From an uncultured Chloroflexota bacterium (GTDB taxonomy: Bacteria; Chloroflexota; UBA11872), in assembly GCA_958296175.1 (NCBI GenBank), contig OY282448.1:2230127-2294126 (forward strand): DNA of 64,000 nucleotides, written 5' to 3'. Made by a program: the position numbers and the translations under genes. Below the pieces are notes generated by a model. That model was not told the origin of the DNA, made no database searches, and worked only from the letters and a program-made list of their open reading frames with translations. Below are positions 13,510-23,400 of this stretch, piece by piece; positions within the stretch are counted from its first letter, which is position 1, and every line of letters starts with the position of its first letter.

Positions 13510-13701
13510 TGGCGCGCCTGCGGCGGACACTCACACGATGCTGTCGAGCGGGCGCCGCCCGTCGGCAGGTCGATTGGGTCGGGCGCTCGCCGTCGACCAG
13601 AGCCTGCAACGACGGTCAGACGTCCGTGAAACCGACAATCGTGCGTCCTGCCGTTCCGCGCGCCGAGGCGTCGGCGACTGGTAAGAGCTTTCCACGACGG
13701 C

Positions 13702-14157
13702 CTACCGCCGTTGGGCCAAGCGCTCGGTGTCCGCCTGGCGCAGCGGGCGGTGGGCGTCCAGTGTCACGGTGTCGCTGTGGTCGGGCGGGTAAGGCGGGCT
13801 GGTGATGAAGAGCGCGCGGGCCGGAGCGCCGCCGGCGGCTGTCAGTTGCAGCGTGTGTCCCGGCGGGGTGACCACGGATTCACCCGCGGCCGCCGTGCAT
13901 GCGCGCACCGCGCCCAGGTCGGCGTCATAGGTTGCGGCGCGGATGCGGCCGGCCAGCACGTAGGTCACCTGCTCCAGCGTCAGGTGCGCGTGCACGCCGT
14001 AGATGCGCCCGGGTTCGAGGCTGCCCTCGGCCAGCGCCAGATGCGCGCAGGGGCTGACGTCGATCGGACGCACCACAATCCCATCCTGCGCCGTCACGGG
14101 CGGCCCCGGCGTTCGCGTCCCAACGTGCGCACCGACGGCATCCGTGGTTTCGGTCAA
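13702..14157 (-). CDS. Cupin domain protein
   Basis: 151 aa with a cupin two-His motif (GVHAH...). Overlaps the upstream gene by 4 bp. Confidence 0.55.
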   Translation of the reverse strand: MTETTDAVGAHVGTRTPGPPVTAQDGIVVRPIDVSPCAHLALAEGSLEPGRIYGVHAHLTLEQVTYVLAGRIRAATYDADLGAVRACTAAAGESVVTPPGHTLQLTAAGGAPARALFITSPPYPPDHSDTVTLDAHRPLRQADTERLAQRR

Positions 14158-16013
14158 GGCGTCGGGTCGACTGGCCGCGGGCGGTGGAGGTCCGCTGGGG
14201 TTCCGGTCGATAACGGTCCCCCGAACGCGTCGATGACTTCGTCCGAGTCACGGCCTGGGATTGGTTTTCCCATGGCGTCCTCTATGGCGTCCAGCAGCTT
14301 GACCGCGCGGTCGCGGATGAAGCCGCCAAAGTCGTTGCGGCGCAGCAGCTCGGGTTCGATCCAGTGTGTTGCGAGCACCTCGTCCAGGCGATCTCTGCTG
14401 ATGTTCCCGGTGTTCACCAGCCTGTCGAGATATTGACTCGGAGCGCTGCCGCCGAGCATTCGATTGGTCTCGCTGGTGAGCGGCGCTTTGTTCACCACGC
14501 TATTGGAGGTCGAATAATCCACGCCATTATTCGAACACCAAGCCCGCGGGAAAATGTGATGGATGTCGACAGGCAATGAGAACCCCATGGTGTGCGCAAT
14601 CGGATTCGCATTCTTGAAGTCGTGGCTCCCCTGCTTTACCATGAGGGAAAAGAGGCCCTTGTATGCGGCGCTGTTTCGAGTACTGAGGCCAAGCAGCCGC
14701 GTAGGAGCAAAATTCGCGTCGCGAATAGTACGCGGCTCTTCGTTGCCCTCGGTCCACCCAACGACATCCTGGATGTCCATCGTGTAACGAGTTTCGTTGG
14801 CGCCGCCGTACATCTCGCCCAGTACGCCGCACCAGTACCAGCGGGCGAGCTTCGCGAGGACGTCGTGTGCGTCGAGCTGCTTGTCGAGATAGGCGCAAAT
14901 CGCCGCCAAGGGCACGAGCTGAGTTCCGTACGGCAGGTTTCGCCGGTCGAAGACCCTCTCACGGGTCAGCAACTGCGCGGCGCGTTGAAAACCGTGCTCG
15001 ACGGACGAGGCGTTGTCCTTATACTCATCGAGCGTCAGCCGCAGCACGTCGCGGCGCCGGACGCTGACCGCGCTCGTACTTCCCGGCGCGCGGCTGCGCT
15101 TGTAGCTGGCAAGCAGCGTAACCGCCTGCAAGAAGTCGGTGCTGCTCACTCCGCGCAGCACGTTCTGCTCTGCAATCCGCTCACGCCGTTCTGCCCAGTC
15201 GTCCCGCAGGCGGAAGTTGTCAGCGGCGAAGCTGGCCGTCACGAGCTCGAAGACCGACAAGGTGACGCCGCCCGTGTTCACCTTTTCGAATACCTGGCAG
15301 ACGGCCTCTTTGGGAGTTTCCCTCTTTAACTCAATGACTGGAACTTTGTATTTATTAATCGGAAGCCAGATTTTCGCAAGAAACTGGTCGATGAACTCGA
15401 CTTTTCCAGGATTGAACTTGAAGTACTCTTTGTATCCAGAGTTCCATTGAAAAGCCTCGACAGCGTTGAAGATCATCTCCAGCGGGTACAGTCCACGCTC
15501 ATACTCACGCTCGCGCGTTGTTACGTCGAGTACCACCGTGCGCCCAAAATCGGCCGTGCGCACCTTCGATTCAGGAAGCGAGAGAACCGCTTCTTCCCGG
15601 TCCAGGTCGGGGTCGAGGCATTTGGCCATGTCCAGATAATAATACAGTTTGGTTTCCTGGCCTCGCGTCGTTCGCGTGGGGACAGGGCGGCCGCTCATGA
15701 GCGCGAGAAAAAGCGAGGTCAGCCGCTGTTGGCCGTCGAGAACCAGGCCGTTGGGCGAAGTGAGAGAGTCGAGGTGGACGCCTGCGAACGGCCGCGGCAA
15801 GAAACTGCCGCTCTCCCCGCCAGTTTCCAGCACCATCACGGCGCCGATCGGGTAGGAGAGCGTGACACTGGCGATCAGCGAACGAATGTGCGCATCGTCC
15901 CAGATCCAACTGCGCTGAAAATCGGGCAGCTGGATGGCGCCTTTGCCGATGTCACTCAGGAGTTCCGAGAGCAGCGGCTCGTTTGTCTGGAACGTTCCCG
16001 AGGAGAATGCCAT
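14154..16013 (-). CDS. GmrSD-family type IV (modification-dependent) restriction endonuclease; DUF262 (ParB-like NTPase) + DUF1524 (HNH-like)
   Basis: N-terminal DUF262 hallmark LDGQQRLTSL. C-terminal DUF1524 motif DIHHIFPRAWC followed by N..V. 619 aa. The gene lies in a roughly 58% GC stretch against a roughly 70% background. Confidence 0.8.
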   Translation of the reverse strand: MAFSSGTFQTNEPLLSELLSDIGKGAIQLPDFQRSWIWDDAHIRSLIASVTLSYPIGAVMVLETGGESGSFLPRPFAGVHLDSLTSPNGLVLDGQQRLTSLFLALMSGRPVPTRTTRGQETKLYYYLDMAKCLDPDLDREEAVLSLPESKVRTADFGRTVVLDVTTREREYERGLYPLEMIFNAVEAFQWNSGYKEYFKFNPGKVEFIDQFLAKIWLPINKYKVPVIELKRETPKEAVCQVFEKVNTGGVTLSVFELVTASFAADNFRLRDDWAERRERIAEQNVLRGVSSTDFLQAVTLLASYKRSRAPGSTSAVSVRRRDVLRLTLDEYKDNASSVEHGFQRAAQLLTRERVFDRRNLPYGTQLVPLAAICAYLDKQLDAHDVLAKLARWYWCGVLGEMYGGANETRYTMDIQDVVGWTEGNEEPRTIRDANFAPTRLLGLSTRNSAAYKGLFSLMVKQGSHDFKNANPIAHTMGFSLPVDIHHIFPRAWCSNNGVDYSTSNSVVNKAPLTSETNRMLGGSAPSQYLDRLVNTGNISRDRLDEVLATHWIEPELLRRNDFGGFIRDRAVKLLDAIEDAMGKPIPGRDSDEVIDAFGGPLSTGTPADLHRPRPVDPTP

Positions 16014-16136
16014 TGTGTCCGTCCGTTTCCTTTTTACAAGCCACTCGATTGCGGCGCGTGAACTCCTGGCGCGGCGCGCGCCAACCGGCGCGCACCGAGG
16101 CCAGCATGATGACCCAGACTCCAGAATCTTCTGCGG

Positions 16137-16907
16137 CTAGTGCGCCCCTTCCGCCACGGGCACGCCGTGCAGCAGGCCGGCCTGGTGCATCTTTTCCCAG
16201 CGTTCCAGGAAGGTGGCGTTCCACTCGTCGGTGAGCGGGCTGTGCAGCATGTCGCGGAAGACTTCCCAGAAGACGATGATGCCGTCCGCGCCGGCCTGCA
16301 GGGCCGCGTTGGCCACGTCCACCGAGCGCACCAGCGCCGCGGTCACGTAGGGCCGCTGTTCCCAACCCTCCAGCATGTCCACGCACTCGCGCACGTGCCA
16401 CACCGGGTCCACGCCCACGGCTTTGTAGGGTTCGCAGAAGGGCAGGATGTGGGTGGCGCCGGCCTGCGCAACCACCGCCGCCTGCGTCAGGTTGAACGTG
16501 GTGGTGCAAAACGTCTCCACGCCCTCGGCGGCCAGCGCGGCGAAGGCCTCCAGTCCCTGCGCGGCGCAGGGAATCTTGATGACGATCTGCTCCGACATGG
16601 CGGTGAACACGTGCGCCACGTCCAGCAGCTCGGCCGTGGTGTGCCCGTCGATCTCCACCACCACCGGCTTGTCCGTGATGTCCAGATAGCGCCGCACCAC
16701 CTCGGTCAGCTGCCCGTACTTCTGGGTCATGTCGTCCAGCACCACGGTGTTGGTGACGATGCCGTAGCCGCCGCGGGGCAGCCAGACTTTCAGGTCTTCC
16801 GGGTCGCCCGCCAGCCAGATGGCCGGCCCCCGCTCGGTGAGCCGCGCACGGGTCACGGGACCCGCCTCGGCGTCGACGCCGTTTGCCGTAATCGCCATGC
16901 CTGCCAT
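16137..16907 (-). CDS. Transaldolase / fructose-6-phosphate aldolase family protein
   Basis: 256 aa with a TIM-barrel transaldolase signature (KIPCAAQGLEAF, Schiff-base lysine context). The ATG overlaps the upstream stop as ATGA. Confidence 0.75.
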   Translation of the reverse strand: MAGMAITANGVDAEAGPVTRARLTERGPAIWLAGDPEDLKVWLPRGGYGIVTNTVVLDDMTQKYGQLTEVVRRYLDITDKPVVVEIDGHTTAELLDVAHVFTAMSEQIVIKIPCAAQGLEAFAALAAEGVETFCTTTFNLTQAAVVAQAGATHILPFCEPYKAVGVDPVWHVRECVDMLEGWEQRPYVTAALVRSVDVANAALQAGADGIIVFWEVFRDMLHSPLTDEWNATFLERWEKMHQAGLLHGVPVAEGAH

Positions 16908-17320
16908 CAGAGCCGCTCCCCGTCAACCAGCTGCAACCCCACGCCCAGCGTGGCGTCGGTGTCCAAGAACGTGATGCGCCAGTCCGACGAGCTGACGATC
17001 GGCGCGGTGCCCGCAATGCCCAGCTCCTCGCCGAGCGTGCGCAGCGTGGCGTCGAAGTCGTCGTCCCGAAACGCCACGTGGTGCACGCTGGGCCCGTGCT
17101 CCTTCAGGTGCGCGGCAAACGCGCTGACCTCGTCGTTGGTGGGGCAGATGATTTCCAGGTAGCTGCCCGTCTGGCCGATCTGCAGCGCCGCGTAGGCGTT
17201 GCCCTCGGCCTCCGACTCCCAGATTTTCGCGGCCGTCATGCCCAGCTTGTCGCGAAACAGGGCCAGCGCCGCCTCGCGGTCGGGCACGACGTAGGCGATG
17301 TGATGAACCGCGTCGAACAT
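16907..17320 (-). CDS. VOC family protein (methylmalonyl-CoA epimerase/glyoxalase-like)
   Basis: 137 aa (MFDAVHHIAYVVPD...), with the typical VOC N-terminal H..Y motif. The RBS AGGAGGAGCC lies 6 bp upstream. It is the true gene inside the over-extended ORF 16907..18004. Confidence 0.6.
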   Translation of the reverse strand: MFDAVHHIAYVVPDREAALALFRDKLGMTAAKIWESEAEGNAYAALQIGQTGSYLEIICPTNDEVSAFAAHLKEHGPSVHHVAFRDDDFDATLRTLGEELGIAGTAPIVSSSDWRITFLDTDATLGVGLQLVDGERL

Positions 17321-17550
17321 GGCTCCTCCTTCTGCCGTTCCGCCAATCCGCCGAACGGCGCGACCCTCGACCTGGAACCGCGCCGCCCGCCGTCCGGGCA
17401 GGCCGCGGCCCGCGGACGCACCCGACCCCTTCGGACGAAGACCGCCCGCGCCGTGTGCTACCGTTCCCCGCGGCACAGCACAGCGGGCGCACCGGATCGT
17501 CTCGGGCCGAGGCGCTGCGTCCGCCGTATGGTTGCACACGGAAGGTGGCC

Positions 17551-18052
17551 GATGCGGATCCGCCGCGCTGCGTGGTGGTGCGCAGCCCTGCTGCTGGCGG
17601 CGGTGCTCGTCATGGGCGCGTCCTGCGAGCCGGCGCCCCCGCTGCCTGACACCACGGCCAGCGCCGTTATGGCCTACCTGGCCGACGTCGATTACCAGCA
17701 GTCCTGGGAACTCTGGCCCGAGCTGGGCGAGCTGTACGAGAGCGAAGAGCCTCACGGCTTGCTGCTGACCACCTATCTCAACCGCGCCGCCTCCGAGGCC
17801 CTGGCTGACAAAGCGGGCGTCATGCCCGACGGCGCAATCATCGTGAAGGAGAACTACACCGCCGCCGGCGTTTTCGATTCCACCACCGTCATGTACAAGC
17901 GGGCGGGATACAACCCGGACCACAACGACTGGTTCTGGGCCAAAGTCGCCGCCGACGGCGCGGTGCTGAAGGAAGGCCGTGTGGAGGGCTGCCAGAACTG
18001 CCACGGCGACGCCAGCGGCAACGACTACGTGATGACGGACTACCTGCGCTAA
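17551..18052 (+). CDS. Cytochrome P460 family protein (secreted c-type heme protein)
   Basis: Signal peptide MRIRRAAWWCAALLLAAVLVMGASC. CxxCH heme motif CQNCHG near the C-terminus. 167 aa, typical of P460/c'-beta. Confidence 0.6.
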
Positions 18053-18275
18053 CCGAACCCGCCCGCGCTCCCACCCGCCGCGCCCCGCGTTCCGAAGCGC
18101 CTTTGGCCTCTCTCGTCAGCGGTCTGAGAAAACGCCGCGGGCGGCAGGGCTGCGGGGTGTCTGTCGAGCAGGCGGGCTTGTCCACGCGGAAACCGCCGCG
18201 GGCGGGCCGCGGATGGCCGACACCGTTTGCACAGATGGCCGACATGAAACCGGCGCGGCCGGCCGGGCCGCGGCC

Positions 18276-19400
18276 CTACTCGATGAAGGTTCGCCAGGCG
18301 TAGGCTGGCTCCGGCCCGCCCGGCTCGTCCTCCAGCGCGCTGAGGTTCAGGTCGCCGAACCCCAGGCCGGGTTCGTCGCTGAGATACATGTAGCCGTCCT
18401 GCACCTCCAGCGCCTCGCCTGCCACCTGGCAGCGCAGGTCGGCTTCCGGGAAGGCGGTTTCCAGCACCCAGAAGTTGGGCGCAACCGCCGCCGCCTGCAG
18501 GGCCATCGCCGCCGACACCGGGCCGCCGGAATTGTGCGGCGCCAGCTGGACGGCATACGTCTCGGCGGCGGCCGCAATCTTGCGCACCTCCGTGATGCCG
18601 CCCGCGTGGGTCAGGTCCGGCTGAACGAACGCCGCCCCCTGCCCCTCCAGCAGCTCGCGGAAGTCCTGGCGGCTGAACAGCTTCTCGCCGCAGGCAATCG
18701 GCACGGCCATGCGCGGCGCAAGCGCACACGTGGCCTTCACGTTCTCGGCTGGAATCGGTTCCTCCATCCAAACCGGGTCGAACGGCGCCAGCGCCTGCGC
18801 GGCCTGGATCGCGTGCCGCGGAGTCAGCCGCTCGGCGCACTCGACATAAATCTCGAAGTCAGGCCCGGCCGCGTCCCGAATGCCCTGCAGCATCTCGGCG
18901 GCGAAACGGATGGCCTGCGTCTCGGTGCGGCGGCCGGGCGCGCCAAACGGCGTGACCTTCACGCCGCGGTAGCCCTGCGCCTGCGCGCGCAGCGCGCCGT
19001 CCACGTGGTCGGCCGTCGAGTCCATCCAGCGCGACACCCCGCCCGCGTACACCCGCGCCCGCCGGCGCAGCGGGCCGCCCAGCAGCCGCCAGACGGGAAC
19101 CCCGTGTCGCTTGCCGTGCAGGTCCCACAGCGCGCCGTCGATGGCCGAAATGGCGCTGCTGACGATCGGGCCGCCGCGCCAGCCCGTGCAGAGGTCGCGC
19201 CAGATCAGCTCGATTGCCGACGAGTCGCGCCCCAGCAGCCGCGGCGTGAAGTGCTGAATCGCCCCGGCCACCGCCCGCCCCCGGTCGGAGGTGGACCCCT
19301 CGCCCCAGCCGTGCAGCCCTTCGTCCGTCGACACGCGCACGAACAGCCACTCGCGCCAGCGCACGTACTTCGAAAAAACTTCGATGCCCGTAATCGTCAT
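18276..19400 (-). CDS. Enolase-superfamily enzyme (mandelate racemase / muconate lactonising enzyme family; D-galactonate-dehydratase-like)
   Basis: 374 aa. Motifs include KVTPFG, the metal ligand context D..E..D, and a GxKLxxxGG-like region (ACGEKLFS). Confidence 0.75.
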   Translation of the reverse strand: MTITGIEVFSKYVRWREWLFVRVSTDEGLHGWGEGSTSDRGRAVAGAIQHFTPRLLGRDSSAIELIWRDLCTGWRGGPIVSSAISAIDGALWDLHGKRHGVPVWRLLGGPLRRRARVYAGGVSRWMDSTADHVDGALRAQAQGYRGVKVTPFGAPGRRTETQAIRFAAEMLQGIRDAAGPDFEIYVECAERLTPRHAIQAAQALAPFDPVWMEEPIPAENVKATCALAPRMAVPIACGEKLFSRQDFRELLEGQGAAFVQPDLTHAGGITEVRKIAAAAETYAVQLAPHNSGGPVSAAMALQAAAVAPNFWVLETAFPEADLRCQVAGEALEVQDGYMYLSDEPGLGFGDLNLSALEDEPGGPEPAYAWRTFIE

Positions 19401-19470
19401 GCAGCCCTTCCGTCGTTCCGCGCGGCGCGCGCCGCCGGTGCCGTGCGGACCGCGGCGCCGCCGACCGCCG

Positions 19471-20229
19471 TCACGCCGCGGCCGTCCGAAACGGCGACAC
19501 CGCCGGACGCGCCGGCGAGGTGGACGACGGGCAAACGTCGTTCAGCGTGCAGCCGTCGCAGTCCGGCCGCCGCGCGTCGCAGACCCGCCGCCCGTGCCAG
19601 ATGACGGCCGTGCCGGCAAAAATCCAGGCGCCGCGGTCCAGGGTGTCCATCAGGTCGCGTTCGATCGTGACCGGGTCCGCCGCGCGCGTCAGCCCCAGCC
19701 GCTGCGAGAGCCGCTTGACGTGCGTATCCACCACCACGCCGCTGGCCACGCCAAAGGCTTCGCCCAGCACCACGTTGGCGCTCTTGCGCGCCACGCCGCG
19801 CAGGCGCAGCAAGTCCTCCATGCGGCGCGGCACCTCGCCGTCGAACTCGTGCACCAGCTGCGCCGCCGTTTCTCGAATGGCGCGCGCCTTGCTGCGGAAG
19901 AAGCCCGTCGGGTGGATCAGCGCTTCCACTTCCAGCTGCGAGGCCGCCGCCAGCGCCTGCGGCGTGGGAAAGCGCCCGAACAAGGCCGGCGTCACCCGGT
20001 TCACCGTCACGTCGGTGGTCTGCGCCGACAAGATCACCGCAATCAGGAACTGAAACGGCGAGCGGTAGTCGAGTTCCGCCGCCGCGTCCGGATACAGCGC
20101 GCGCAGCCGCCGCACGATCTCCGCCGCCCGCGCGCGCCGCGCCGCTTTCGACTCCCGCCAGCGCCGAACCACCAACGCCGGCCGCCCCGCGCGCCCCCGA
20201 GTCCTCCTCCCAGCCATACCCAGCAGCAT
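19471..20229 (-). CDS. nth: Endonuclease III (DNA glycosylase/AP lyase)
   Basis: HhH-GPD motifs: FQFLIAVILSAQTTD, LRLRGVARKSANVVLGEAFG (catalytic Lys), VDTHV. Fe-S cluster C-x6-C-x2-C-x5-C at the C-terminus. The exact start is uncertain. Confidence 0.85.
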   Translation of the reverse strand: MLLGMAGRRTRGRAGRPALVVRRWRESKAARRARAAEIVRRLRALYPDAAAELDYRSPFQFLIAVILSAQTTDVTVNRVTPALFGRFPTPQALAAASQLEVEALIHPTGFFRSKARAIRETAAQLVHEFDGEVPRRMEDLLRLRGVARKSANVVLGEAFGVASGVVVDTHVKRLSQRLGLTRAADPVTIERDLMDTLDRGAWIFAGTAVIWHGRRVCDARRPDCDGCTLNDVCPSSTSPARPAVSPFRTAAA

Positions 20230-20454
20230 ATCCACCCCACCGCGCCGGCGGCCACAAGGCCGAAAGACCGGCATAAGCAGTCAGCGGCCAGGGGCCGAGG
20301 GCGCGGGACGTGCGGCAAGCGCCGCGCTTGCCGCTCCCCCGGCCAAGGACGCCGCCGCGGCCGCAGCGCAGGCGGCCCACGGCCAGCCCACGGCCGGCCC
20401 ACGGGCGGCCCCTGCGCCTATAATCCCAGCGGCCGCCGCGCCCGGACGCCCTCC

Positions 20455-23400
20455 GTGCCCATCGCCAACCTCGACGACGCCTACGAGCTCGACCAAGCCG
20501 TCGGGCGCATCCTGCGCGCGCCCGACCCGCGCCAGCGTGCGGAAGCCGTCCGGCGGCTGTTCGTCGAGGTGCTGGACTTCCATTCGCAGTCCGGCCAGGT
20601 TTCGTTGCGGCCGCCGCCCGCCGGTGCGCAGCTTCCCGCCGCTGCCGAGCGCGTCGCGGTGTTGGACGGCGTGCACGTCTGTTACGTCGCGCTCCAGGCG
20701 CCGGAAAACGACCGCGTGCGCACGGCCGAAGCGTCCGCCGCGGCGCGGCGGCTGGCCGACCAGCTGGGCGACGACCTGCTGCTGGCCGTCTCCAACGCCT
20801 CCGGCCGCCAGCTGCACCTCATCCATCCGCGCGTACAGGGTGCGCGGCCCACGCTGCGCCGTCTGGTGTTCGAACAAGGCCTGCCGCGCCGCACCGCCGT
20901 CCAGCAGGCCGCCAACATCTACGCCGAATACCGCGCGTCCCGCAGCATCCGCGCCGCCCTGGACGCCGCCTTCGACGTCGAGCCGGTCACGCGGCGCTTC
21001 TTCAGCGACTACAAGAAAGTGTTCACCCAGGCCGAACGACTGGTCACCGGCTTCGGCCCCGACCAGGCCGACGACAAGCGCCTGTTCGTGCAGACGCTCT
21101 TCAACCGGCTCATGTTCGTGCACTTCCTCTCGCGCAAAGGCTGGCTGACCTTCCAGGGCAAGAACGAATACGTGCAAGCGCTTTGGGACAGCTACCAGTC
21201 CCGCCGCCCCAGCGAAACCAACTTCTACCGCGACCGTCTGCACCCCCTGTTCTTCTGCGGCCTCAACAACCCGTCGGGCACGGACGTGAACGGTCGCTAC
21301 ATGCGGAAGGTCTACGGCGACGCGCCGTTCCTGAACGGCGGCCTGTTCGAGCAAAGCGCACTGGACCGGCGGCCAGGCGTGCAGGTGCCCGACGAAGCCA
21401 TCGCACCCGTCGTGCAAGCGCGCAGCGGCTTGTTCCAGCGCTTCAACTTCACCGTCATGGAATCCACGCCCTACGACGTGGAAGTGGCCGTGGACCCGGA
21501 AATGCTGGGCAAAGTGTTCGAGGAACTGGTCAACGAACGCCACGCCAGCGGCGCCTACTACACGCCGCGCCCCGTGGTGGCCTTCATGTGCCGCGAGGCG
21601 CTGAAAGGCTTTCTGGAACACCGCGTGGACGAGTTGGACGCTCAGACTGTGGAAGACTTCGTGGACCGGCGCGACCCCTCCCGCGCCACGCTGGCGCAGG
21701 CGATCCAGCTGAGCAGCGCGCTGGACGACGTCACCGTCATCGACCCTGCCTGCGGTTCCGGCGCCTACCTGCTGGGCATGCTGCAGGAACTGCTGGAGCT
21801 GCAAACCACGCTCTACAGCCAGAAGCTGCGCCGCGACGCGCGCACCTTCTACCAGCTGAAACTGCACGTCATCCAGCGCAACCTCTACGGCGTCGACGTC
21901 GACCCGTTCGCCGTCAACATCGCCAAGCTGCGCCTCTGGCTCTCCCTGGCCATCGACTACGACGGCGACAAACCCGAGCCGCTGCCCAACCTGGACTTCA
22001 AGATCGTCTGCGGCGACAGCCTGCTCGGGCCGGAGCCGGTGCTGCACCTCTCGGCAAAGAAGTCGGAACTCGGCGAGTTGAAGGGCAAGTTCATGCTCGC
22101 CACGGCGCAAAAGGAAAAAGACGAGCTGCGCGGGGGCATCGCGGCTGAGCGCGCTCGGGTCGAGCAGGTGCTGGCGGGCGCATCCGCACCCGAAGGCGCG
22201 GTGAACTGGCGCCTGGACTTTGCCGAAGTGTTCGAGAAGCCCGGCAGCTTCGACATCGCCATTGCAAACCCGCCCTACGTGCGGCAGGAAAAGATCGGTC
22301 CCAGCAAAGCAAGGCTCGTTCGGCAATACGCCGGAGCCGTGAACGCCCGCTCGGACCTGTATTGCTATTTCTACGCGCGTGCGCTGCAACTGCTGCGGCG
22401 CGGCGGCCAACACGTCTTTATCTGCTCCAATAGCTGGCTGGACGTTGGATACGGCGCGCGGCTCCAGGATTTCCTGCTCTACAACGCGCACGTTCGCGCC
22501 ATCTACGAAAGCGCGGTGGAACGGCAATTTTCGACCGCCCAAATCAACACCGTCATCAGCGTCATCGAAAAGAACGGTGTCTGCGACGAGAGTCCGACGC
22601 GGTTCGTGTCGCTGCGGGGCGAGTTCGAGCAGGCGATGGCCGACCCGACGCTTCGCCGCCAGATTACCAAGACCCGCCGGGAACTGCTGGACGCCGCAAC
22701 GAGCGGCGTCGACAGCCGAGGACACGCCAAATTCGTGGGCGACAAGTGGGGCGGCAAGTATCTGCGCGCCCCGGACATCTATCACCACATCCTGACAACG
22801 TATAGCGACAAGTTCGTGCGGCTGGGCGATATCGCGACAGTGAGATTTGGTATAAAGACCGGCGCCAATGCGTTTTTCTTTCTCGACGAGGCGCGCATCC
22901 AGCAGTGGAACATCGAAGAAGAGTACCTTGCTCCCGTAATGACCAGCCCCCAAGAGTCCCGCAGCATCCTCGTCGACCCCGACACGCTTCCGAAGAAGCT
23001 CTTTGTGTGCCACAAGGAGAAAGACGAGCTTAGACACACGGGAGCGCTGGCGTACATTCAATGGGGTGAGACGAATGAGTACCACAAGCGGCGCAGCATG
23101 GTTTCGCGAAAGAGATGGTACGATCTGGGAATACGAGACGGGGTATATCTGGCAATGAATTTGTTAGTGCATGCGAACGCAAGAACGTATCTTTATAAAG
23201 AAGCGGTGTTTTGCAGCAACAACTTTCATGTATTTGCTTCAAAGCATAAGAATGCTAGTGTGTGCACATCACTTAATTCCACGCTTTCTCAGCTTAGCAT
23301 CAACGTGGAGTCACGATCCAATTTTGGCGAAGGTGTTCTGGAGATACAAACATATGAAACCGCTAATTTGCGGATTGTAAAGCCTGAACATATTACGACC

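Noticed and set aside
11102-13609. 835-aa minus-strand ORF and several + ORFs (10543..11736, 12820..13629)
   Set aside because: The frame of 10606..13530 is supported by the paralogue (copy A), which shares the same protein sequence. The others are overlapping-frame artefacts.
19471-20229. Endonuclease III as part of the defence locus
   Set aside because: nth is a core base-excision-repair gene with native GC. Its adjacency to the MTase is most likely coincidental.
19291-20454. N-terminal ~388 codons of the 1445-aa + ORF
   Set aside because: This part is antisense to the nth and enolase-family genes. A recognisable MTase sequence only begins at GTG 20455.
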